A stretch of 32,000 bases of DNA from Desulfobulbus propionicus DSM 2032. Its GTDB lineage: Bacteria > Desulfobacterota > Desulfobulbia > Desulfobulbales > Desulfobulbaceae. The stretch lies in the NCBI RefSeq assembly GCF_000186885.1, contig NC_014972.1, positions 1,290,001 to 1,322,000 on the forward strand. The letters run 5' to 3'. A program made the position numbers and the translations under genes. The notes beneath the pieces were generated by a model. The model was given only the letters and a program-made list of their open reading frames with translations. It was not told the DNA's origin and made no database searches. Below are positions 10,234-18,200 of the stretch, piece after piece. The number at the start of each line of letters is the position of its first letter. The first letter of the stretch is position 1.

Positions 10234-10270
10234 CGCGTCAATTTGTTTCATGTTGAAACAGATTGACGTG
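10234..10270. repeat. 17-bp-arm inverted repeat with 3-nt centre (core TGTTTCA-TGT-TGAAACA)
   Basis: CGCGTCAATTTGTTTCA / TGT / TGAAACAGATTGACGTG; two non-Watson-Crick positions, both G.T. Confidence 0.75.
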
Positions 10271-10667
10271 TTGAGAGTTCCATTGTGTTTCATTTTGATC
10301 TATCGTGTGCCGATTTTTCAATGGAGAATGCGGGCGTCGTGGTCGCCGGGAGGGGAGGGGGAACGTCATCTGGGTGTGTCGATGCCCATGGCCAGGGCTC
10401 GTTCCCGCATGCGACAGCACACCTTGGCGGCAGTTGGTGTGTGCTGTCGACGAGGTCGTGTCTGCATATTGAAACGGGAAGGAGGAGAGGCGGTGGGCGG
10501 GATTTTCGCGTCCCGGGAAGCGGTGCAGGGAAAGCGCGGGTGGGTCGGGGGCTGGCGGCGTGGCACGCGGTCAGCCGATCTCCTTGCGGAGAGGGAGGAG
10601 GCGCAGGGCAGTGAAATGGTGATGGAGCTGATTGCCTGCTTGGAAAGAAAAAGCGGCGATAAACCGA

Positions 10668-11231
10668 TTATCGGCTCTCGCCGCAAATGGGCAGGGCGCG
10701 CAGCGCTTGGCCGAGCGGGTTGTCCGGCACGATCCCTTCCAGGCTCTGCCGGGTGGCCCACTCGATCATCCGCGAATCCTTGGCCGCCTCGGTGCAGAGG
10801 CGGTGCGGATCGACGATCCTGCCCGTGCGGGCCAGATCGAGGCGGTCGGCGTCAAAACAGGTCTGTACCGTGACGTTATCAAAGGTCGGCGCGACGGTGT
10901 GCAGTTGGCAGGCGGCGAGCAGCAGGGCGAAAGGCGGATCGGCCAGGGAAAAATCGCTGCCCCGCAGCTGTTCGGCCAGCAGCGCCCCACGCGGGCCGTG
11001 TTCCGGATCGGCGTTTTCGTTCAACCGGCGGCTGTCGTGGAACAGGGCGAACAGCTCCACCACCCGGGTGTCGGCACCGGTGATCCGGGCCAGGCGCAGC
11101 CCGTTGTCGAGCACCCGCGCCCAGTGACCGAGGCCGTGGAGACCGCGCGGATCGAGCGGCAGCTGAGCGATGACGCGGGCGATGAGCTCGGCGGCCAGCA
11201 GCGTCGGCCCGGCGTTTGCGCAACCGTTCAT
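10668..11231 (-). CDS. HD-like hydrolase-family protein
   Basis: MNGCANAGPTLLAAELIARVIAQLPLDPRGLHGLGHWARVLDNGLRLARITGADTRVVELFALFHDSRRLNENADPEHG; H...HD arrangement. ATG overlaps the stop of the upstream gene (11228-11231). Confidence 0.62.
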   Translation of the reverse strand: MNGCANAGPTLLAAELIARVIAQLPLDPRGLHGLGHWARVLDNGLRLARITGADTRVVELFALFHDSRRLNENADPEHGPRGALLAEQLRGSDFSLADPPFALLLAACQLHTVAPTFDNVTVQTCFDADRLDLARTGRIVDPHRLCTEAAKDSRMIEWATRQSLEGIVPDNPLGQALRALPICGESR

Positions 11232-11881
11232 GATCCGCCCGCCAGCCGCGCGCCCAGAGCAAAGGCCCGCTGGCAATCCTCGGGAAAGGCTTCGGTCCGG
11301 CGTGCCATCTTGTGGGCCGGGTCCATGTACTCCATCACCACCTTGGAATAGTCGGCGAACTGGCAGGTATCAAAGCAGCAGAGGATTTCCGCCGCTGTAC
11401 CGAAGTTGCGGCTCAGGGCGCCCTGGGTGGCGTTGAACATCGCCTCGTAGCCGATCTGGCGGCTCAGCTCCTCGGTGACGTTCATGGTGAGGATGACCGC
11501 GCTGGGCACCGTTCGCGGGAAAATCGAGCGCGGCGGCTGGCTGTAGACCAGCGGCGCGAACAGCAGCCGTTCAAAAAAAGAGCGCATCTCGCCGCTCATC
11601 TGCCCGAAATAGATCGGCGAACCGAGGATGAGGGCATCGACCTCGGTTTCGATTTTTTCCAGAATGGGACGTAACTCGTCTTGCATGGCGCAGCGACCGT
11701 TGCTCGGGCCGCCGATCATCTTGCAGGCAAAGCAGCTGGTGCAGCCCTTGTAGGTGAGGTCATAGAGATGAACCAGTTCGGTGACCGCCCCTTGTGAGGC
11801 GGCCCCTTCCAGCGCCTTTTTCAGCAGGGTGGCGGTATTCCATGTCTTTCTTGGACTGCCGTTGATGGCCAGGACCTTCAT
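11228..11881 (-). CDS. Flavodoxin-fold NAD(P)H-dependent FMN reductase/iron-sulfur flavoprotein-type protein
   Basis: MKVLAINGSPRKTWNTATLLKKALEGA...YDLTYKGCTSCFACKM...DALILGSPIYFGQMSGEMRSFFERL. Confidence 0.87.
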   Translation of the reverse strand: MKVLAINGSPRKTWNTATLLKKALEGAASQGAVTELVHLYDLTYKGCTSCFACKMIGGPSNGRCAMQDELRPILEKIETEVDALILGSPIYFGQMSGEMRSFFERLLFAPLVYSQPPRSIFPRTVPSAVILTMNVTEELSRQIGYEAMFNATQGALSRNFGTAAEILCCFDTCQFADYSKVVMEYMDPAHKMARRTEAFPEDCQRAFALGARLAGGS

Positions 11882-11966
11882 TGTCGGTGTTCTCCGTGTT
11901 ATCGTGCTCGATTGTTTGCGGCCAGGGGGGCGGTGGATTGGCGACGCGGCGCTCGGGTGGGGTCTC

Positions 11967-12413
11967 TCAGACGAATTTGAGATTGGCCGTCACCCAGTGG
12001 GCCGCATTGGCGTAGACCTCGTTGTCCGCGCCGATGACCACGTAGTCGGGATGGCGCACCTCGATCTCGCCCTCGCGGGTCGCCAGCACCGCCACCACGC
12101 CCGGAGGCACCTGTACCAGCCGGCTGCGCGCCTTCTTGCGGTAGCGGCCGGGCGAGGCTTCTTCGTAGGTGGCGGCCAGGACCGTTTTCTTGATCGGGTA
12201 TTCCTCGCCCGAATCCTGGATGACCACCATATCCTCTCCCGCTGTCCCGGTCAAGGTTCCCCAGGAGGTGACAAAGGTCTCGACGCCCCTGGGCTCGCGG
12301 ATGGCCACGGTGGTGGTGCGGACCGCCTCGCGCGGCGGGCCCCACGCGGCCGGGATGTGACCGCCGTGGGCGATTGTCAGACGAACGGGCGCTGATGCGC
12401 TGCCGGTTGTCAT
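11967..12413 (-). CDS. Conserved-looking small protein of unknown function, last gene of the caspase/CHAT/TIR locus
   Basis: 148 aa: GTLTGTAGEDMVVIQDSGEEYPIKKTVLAATYEEASPGRYRKKARSRLVQVPPGVVAVLATREGEIEVRHPDYVVIGADNEVY; GGGGAGG RBS; starts 24 nt after the upstream gene ends. Confidence 0.72.
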   Translation of the reverse strand: MTTGSASAPVRLTIAHGGHIPAAWGPPREAVRTTTVAIREPRGVETFVTSWGTLTGTAGEDMVVIQDSGEEYPIKKTVLAATYEEASPGRYRKKARSRLVQVPPGVVAVLATREGEIEVRHPDYVVIGADNEVYANAAHWVTANLKFV

Positions 12414-12437
12414 GCCGGTCCTCCCCGCCGCATGGTT

Positions 12438-14585
12438 CTATTTGACCAAGCCCTTGGTCAGTTCCTGGCTCAAGTTGATTACGGTGTCCATGTCGCCCAT
12501 TTCCTTGGCGGTTTGCATCAGCTGGCTCATGGCCAGAAGGGTGTCCGGATGTTTTTCGCCCAGCACCCGGCGGCGGGTTGCCAGCACCTGTTCCTGAAAG
12601 GGCCGAGCCCCCTCCAGATCGCCCTGATCATGGAGCATGGCGGCGAGATTGTTCAACGACAAGAGGGTCTCCGGGTGGTCCTGGCCCAAAAGACGGGCAC
12701 GAATCTCCAGGACCTTTTCCTCCAGGGTCCGTGCTCCGCTCAGGTTCCCTTGGTTCAGCAAGGTGCTGGCCAGGTTGTTCATGGCGGTCAGGGTATCCGC
12801 GTGCTCCTCGCCAAGAAGGCGTCGGCGCGTGTCCAGAACCTTTTCCTGCAGGGCCTGCGCACCCTTCAGATCGCCCTGCAGGTGCAGAGTGGTGGCGAGA
12901 TTGTTCATGGAAGTGAGGGTCTCCGGGTGCTCCTCGCCGAGGATGCGGCGGCACATCGCCAATTCCTGTTCCTGCAGGGTCCGGGCGCTTTCCAGATCGC
13001 CCTGACTGCTGAGGGTGAGGGCAAGGTTGTTCATGGCCGTGAGTGTCTCCGGGTGCTCCTCCCCCAGAACGCGCCGGCGGGTTGCCAAGACCTTTTCCTG
13101 CAGGGCGCGGGCCGCTTGCAACTCGCCGTTCCTCCATAACGCTTCGCCCACATCCTCTTCCGCGGCCAGAACGGCCGGAGCATCTTCCCCAAGGACCGGC
13201 CGCATGCGGTGCAGACCATGTTGCAGGGCATGCAGGGCCAATCCGTAGTCCCCGGCCCGCAGACAGATCCTGCCCGCGTCCACCAGCACATCCGCCACCT
13301 GCATCGGGTCGAGATCCTCGGCGCCCATCGCCCTGTCGATGGCCGCGCTCAGCAGCTTGGACACCATTTCCCGCTGGCGGGGATAGGCAGCCTGCGCCAC
13401 CTCGAGAATGGCCCGAGCCACCGGCTCGAACAGGTCGGGCGGCGGTTTGCGTTCCATCAGGCTGTAGGCGATGCGCAAGGCGGTGTCCAGATCGCCCGCC
13501 GCTATCCTGTCCTTGGCCTCATCGCCCAACCGCTCGATTTCCCGCTCGATCCGGACCAGGGCCAGGGATTCCCAGGGCGCCTGCAGTTCGGTGAGATACT
13601 CGGCAAAGGCGGCGTAGCTGCTGCGCAAGGACAGACGGGAATCGGTTTCTTCCAGCATGACCGCGATCGGTTCGCCAAAGGCGTAGTCCGGGATGTGCTG
13701 GAGCATGACCGTGTCGAAATATTCCTTGAGCCGGGTTGCCTTGCGCGCGAAGACTTCGTCGAACAACTGCTCGAACAGCGGCTGATAGCCGAGAAGATCG
13801 GCGGGCAGCCCCTTGGCCTCGCCGCCGCCCATTCGCCATGCCTCCATCAGGGCGGGACGCGCCATTTCGATCCGCGAGGGCAGGGGAAAGACAGTCAGCG
13901 GCCGTCCGTCCGGCGAGGATTTGCGGTAGGCGAGGGCCTTGCGGGTCAGCTCGTCGATACCGGTCAGGCTCTGCTGGTTGGGGGTGAACACCACCACCAG
14001 CTTGTCGGGCAGGAGCATGGTGCAGATGCCGCTGGTATCCGAGATACCGGTGCGCGAATCGACCAGCACGTAATCGTAGTGTTGACGCAGGTAATCGGCC
14101 AAGCCGGCGAACAGGCCGATGGTTTCCCGGAACAGCCGGTCCCACTGGAATTCGCTCACCCGCCGGCCATAGTCCGCATCGAAGCGGCCGGCCTTCATGA
14201 TCCGCAGGCCGGAAACCACGGTGGGCAGCAGGTAGCTGTCGAAATCCAGGTCTTCGAGCATCTGGCGGGCGTGGCCACGGTTGGCGACGAAGTCGCTGGG
14301 GTGAAATTCCCGGCGCTGGCCATCGAACAAGGTGAACAGATCCAGGCAGCCGGGCGCGGTCTCGAACCGGTCCTCGGCCGATGCCTCCAGGTAGGGGCGG
14401 AAATAACGGTGCAGGCCGGGGGCCTCGAAGTCCCAGTCCAGGGCCAGCACCCGTGGCGGTCGCGCGACTTCAGAGGGTGGCGCGCTGCCCAGCAGGCAGC
14501 CGATATTGGCCAGGGCCATGGTCCGGCCGGTGCCGCCCTTGTAGGAGTAGAAGGTGATGATTTGTCCGCTTTGCAAGGAGTTCAT
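12438..14585 (-). CDS. KGG-type (MinD/ParA-like) P-loop ATPase fused to kinesin-light-chain-type TPR array
   Basis: N-terminus MNSLQSGQIITFYSYKGGTGRTMALANIGCLLG; DYVLVDSRTGISDTSGICTMLLPDKLVVVFTPNQQSLTG; C-terminal 42-aa repeats (LGEEHPETLTAMNNLALTLSSQGDLESARTLQE...). Confidence 0.92.
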   Translation of the reverse strand: MNSLQSGQIITFYSYKGGTGRTMALANIGCLLGSAPPSEVARPPRVLALDWDFEAPGLHRYFRPYLEASAEDRFETAPGCLDLFTLFDGQRREFHPSDFVANRGHARQMLEDLDFDSYLLPTVVSGLRIMKAGRFDADYGRRVSEFQWDRLFRETIGLFAGLADYLRQHYDYVLVDSRTGISDTSGICTMLLPDKLVVVFTPNQQSLTGIDELTRKALAYRKSSPDGRPLTVFPLPSRIEMARPALMEAWRMGGGEAKGLPADLLGYQPLFEQLFDEVFARKATRLKEYFDTVMLQHIPDYAFGEPIAVMLEETDSRLSLRSSYAAFAEYLTELQAPWESLALVRIEREIERLGDEAKDRIAAGDLDTALRIAYSLMERKPPPDLFEPVARAILEVAQAAYPRQREMVSKLLSAAIDRAMGAEDLDPMQVADVLVDAGRICLRAGDYGLALHALQHGLHRMRPVLGEDAPAVLAAEEDVGEALWRNGELQAARALQEKVLATRRRVLGEEHPETLTAMNNLALTLSSQGDLESARTLQEQELAMCRRILGEEHPETLTSMNNLATTLHLQGDLKGAQALQEKVLDTRRRLLGEEHADTLTAMNNLASTLLNQGNLSGARTLEEKVLEIRARLLGQDHPETLLSLNNLAAMLHDQGDLEGARPFQEQVLATRRRVLGEKHPDTLLAMSQLMQTAKEMGDMDTVINLSQELTKGLVK
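12500..13130 (-). repeat. Tandem about 126-bp (42-aa) TPR coding repeats, about 5 copies, within the ATPase-TPR gene
   Basis: Recurring codon blocks for (V/I/L)LGxxHPETLxxMNNLAxxLxxQGxLxxARxLQExxLxxRRR at 42-residue spacing. Confidence 0.82.
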
Positions 14586-14594
14586 CGGTGCACC

Positions 14595-15224
14595 TCAATG
14601 GCCGGGCATGGCGAATGCCTTGATGGGAGAAATGCCTTCCAGCCAGGGCCTGATCGCCTCCAGGTCGGGAAATTTGAAGGATTTGCAGGGCTCGGCCTGG
14701 ATCAGGCCGGCGTTGGTGAGGGCGCGGTACCGGTCGGAAATCTGTTTGGACAGGGCGTACAATTCCTGGTGGCACTCCCGGCGCTTGAAATCGCGTTCAT
14801 GGATCAGATGTTCGAAATTGAGGTAGTGGCGGCAGGTCTTTATTTCCTCGGGCAGGTCGTCGGCCCCCCGGTAGACGACCGGGAAGATCAGGCCCTTGTT
14901 CTGCAGGTCAGCCACGCCCGCGCCGAGGCGCTGCTTTTCCAGTTCGAGCATGGCCTTGTACTCCCTGGCGCAGTACGGATGGTTGATGTCGAAATGCAGG
15001 GGCAGGAAAAACATGACCATGCAGGCGCTGCGACACAGTTCAAAGGCCAGCTCCTCGTTGAACTGGTCGCCGACCTTGAGGCCCTTCTCGTCAAAATAGA
15101 CCGGGGCGTTGGGCAGCCACAGCTGCAGCTGGCGTTTCAATTCGTGGACAAAGGCCTGCACGAATTGCTGCGAGTCGGCCCCGGTGTGCCGGTAGCTGAT
15201 GAAACAGGCGTTGATGGAGTCCAT
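14595..15224 (-). CDS. TIR-domain protein
   Basis: MDSINACFISYRHTGADSQQFVQAFVHELKRQLQLWLPNAPVYFDEKGLKVGDQFNEELAFELCRSACMVMFFLPLHFDINHPYCAREYKAMLE; TIR hallmarks plus the (W)CxxE-like box CAREY. RBS GGAGG; start 39 nt before the CHAT gene stop (intergenic 38 nt). Confidence 0.82.
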   Translation of the reverse strand: MDSINACFISYRHTGADSQQFVQAFVHELKRQLQLWLPNAPVYFDEKGLKVGDQFNEELAFELCRSACMVMFFLPLHFDINHPYCAREYKAMLELEKQRLGAGVADLQNKGLIFPVVYRGADDLPEEIKTCRHYLNFEHLIHERDFKRRECHQELYALSKQISDRYRALTNAGLIQAEPCKSFKFPDLEAIRPWLEGISPIKAFAMPGH

Positions 15225-15262
15225 GGTGTCGTGCGTCCTCCGATACGGTTGGTGGGGGCCGG

Positions 15263-18200
15263 TCACGCCGGGGGGGCCGCCGGGTCGCTCGCCATCCCCT
15301 CGGCCAGTCGCTGGAGGGAGGAGCGGATGACCGCGTGGGGTTCTTCTTGCGGCAGCAGGGCAATGAGGAAGCGCAACTGGTTGGCGGTCGAATCCTGTTC
15401 GCGGCCGCTGCCCAGCCGCGTGAACAGGCCGTGATACAGGCCGATCAGGCGCTGGAGCTCGCCGTCCGCGGTCAGGGCCTGGTGCGTGCGGCCATCCAGG
15501 CAGGCCCACAGGCCATTGACCCGTTCCGCTTCCACCTCGGCCAGGGCGTGAAAGAATTGGCGGTTCTCGGCAAAGCGGCTGCGGCCGTTGTCGGCGGCGG
15601 CCGCGAGCAGGCCGGGCAGTTGCGGCAAGAGCTGATCGAAGCGTTCTCGCCGGCCCCGGACGGCGAGAACAAAAGCCGCGTCCAGGGCATTGAGCAGCGG
15701 GTAGTAATCCCAACTGCCGGTGCGCCGGTAGCTCAGCTCGGCCGCCTGCCAGTATTCGCTTTCCAGGTTGCTCAGCCAGGTGTCGGCTTCCGTGATGTTG
15801 CCCTGGGCCACGCCGGCCTGGGTCAGCCGCTTCCAGTACGAGCCGAGCAGCGACCGCCGCTCCACCGTTTCGCCGAGGGCCAGGAGCTGTTGCAGCCGCC
15901 GCCGGCCGGCCTTCATCAGGGCGGTGCCCCGGGCACGCAGCTCGGCGGTCTGCTTGTCGTCCTTGCCCGTGCCTTCCAGGAGGGTGGCCCCGTGGCGGAT
16001 CTCCAGGTTGGCCAGCTGTTCCACCGCGTGCAGGCTGAAGGCCGCATCCTCGAAGCCGAGGGCGGCGCGGTAGTGTTCGATGGCCCGTTCCCGGTCGCCC
16101 AGCTCGGCCCAGGCCGCGGCCAGCTGTTCCCGTACCCCGGCGTGGTGGACATCGGCGCCGCGCGCCGCCTTTTCGATCTGCTTAAGCTGTTTCGTGTAGA
16201 AGTTCGTGCGTTCGGCCGGGGTGACGTCCTTGAGACGGGCGCCGAGCATCTCCAGATCGGCGATCAGATGGCTGGGGTGGACGTATTGGGCGGGTTTTTG
16301 GTCGTCGTCGTTGTCCGCCACCGGGAAGCGGTAACGTTCGTCGCCGTAGGCCTGGAACGCGCCCCAGGTATTGGTCTGCGGGTGGTCGCGATGGGTGGCG
16401 GCGCGGGCCTGGAGCAGGGCCTGGCCAAATCGGCTCCCCTTGAACATGGCCTCGTAGAAGGTGCGGGCAAAGGTGGCCGCGGCCAGGTCGTCCACGGCCC
16501 AACCGGCGGCGATCACCGCCTTGCAGCCCATCTGGATGAACTCGGTGGCCAGGTTGGCGGCCAGCTCGCCCCAAGGTTGCTCGGCATCGCCCTTCATGCT
16601 CCCCAGATGACAGCAGTTGATGAACACGAATTCCGGCACCCGTCGCAGCTTGCTCACCTGGGCGGAGGTGAGAAAGGTGTCCGGGCCGAGCACCATGCCG
16701 GTGCAGCCGGTTTTCTTGTCCCGGACCACGCCGTGCCCGGCCAGGTGAATGAATCGGTAATGGCCGTTGAACAGGCCGTCGAACACATCCTGGGCCGGGG
16801 GTTTGTCCAGCCTCCTGACCCGGTATTCGGCGCGGGTGAAAAATTCGGCCACGGTGCGGCCTTCAGACTGGGCGCCGGGCAGATCCAGCATGCCGGATTC
16901 GGTATCGCCGACGATGAAGGCCTGCTTGTCCTGCACCACCGGCACCCGACCGCGTCCATGGGGTGTGGCCAATTGGCGCACCAGCTCGATCCGCGCGGTC
17001 AGCGGCGCCTCGCCGGCCTGGTCGGTGTCGCGCATCAACTCCCAGGGGTAGGCGGCGGCCTTGGCGTCCACCGACAGCATCAGGGTGCGCAGATCGGCCA
17101 CCGCCTCCTTCATGCCGTTGGGCACCAGCAGCTCGAACAGGGCGCGCGACAGGCCGGGTTGGTCCAGGGTCCGGCCGGTGGCGGTGCGGATCAGGCCGTC
17201 CACCGCCTGGCGCTGGTCGGGCTCGATGCTGACCTCGTTGCGCGCCCGGTCGGTGACCACGGTAAAGCGCAGCCGGCCCTTGTCGGCGACGATATGCACC
17301 CGGTACATGCCCTGCTGGCCGCCGCTGGCCTCGCAGCGGCCGCGATAGCCGCCCTGGCCGTCGCGCAGGCGGCCGTCGAACCGGACCACCTCGGCAAAGC
17401 GGCTCTCGCCGACCAGCTCGCTCAGGGCCTGAACCGTGGCTATGGCCCTGCCTTCGACCTCCTCGAACAGGGCCAGACTGCCGATTCGGGTCTTCATCCC
17501 GGATTGCTGCAACAGCCGGTTGGCCCGGCGCAGGGCTTCGACCAGGCAGCGCGCTCCGGATTCGAGGGGCAGGCCGGCAAAGCCGGTGCCCACCAGCAGG
17601 GAAGAAACCGCCAGCCGCTTGGGTTGCGACGGATCGGCTTCGCATTGTTGTTCCATGATCCGGGCATACTCGAGCAGTCCCTGGGTCAGGGCCTGGGTGA
17701 GGGTGCCGGGCAGCAGCTCGCCAATGGGACCCAGGCCGACGACGATGGCTCCGGCCGGTTTGGCGCCCGCCTCGGTCTGGCGGAAGACCATGGCGTCGCC
17801 GGGCTGGCACGGGTAGCGGCCGATGGCCCGGGCTCGTTCCATGCGGCCTTCGAGATGGTCGCTGAGGAACTTGGCGCTGCCGCGCAGCGGATCGCCGGCA
17901 TAGGCGCCGATCAGCACCGGGGCCTCGGCGCTGGCCAGACTGCCGTGGATGACCTCGATCACCACCGGGGCCTCGCCCTTGTGCCGGCTGCGGCGTCCCG
18001 GCCGGGCCCCGCCGGTGGCGGCGGCCAGCACCTCGTCGGCGCTGGGGTACAGGCCGTTGCCCGTAAGGCCACGCGCCTGGTAGACCACGGCGGTCTCGCC
18101 GCGCGCACCGACCCCGCTGCGGGCCAGCAGACGGGTGGTGCCGTGGTCGAGCAGTTCCCGGTAGGCGGTGAAGGCGTCCTCATGGGCGGCCAGATCGCCA

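Noticed and set aside
10250-10873. Overlapping ORFs on both strands (207, 109 and 131 aa)
   Set aside because: No recognisable motifs, atypical composition, starts inside the palindrome, and partly overlaps the HD-like gene.
12500-13130. CRISPR-like regular repeats
   Set aside because: The 126-bp periodicity is coding TPR repeat without spacers; no CRISPR array or cas genes seen in the window.
13209-15434. 741-aa plus-strand ORF
   Set aside because: Spans antisense of three coherent minus-strand genes (ATPase-TPR, TIR and CHAT end); composition typical of a GC-rich shadow frame.
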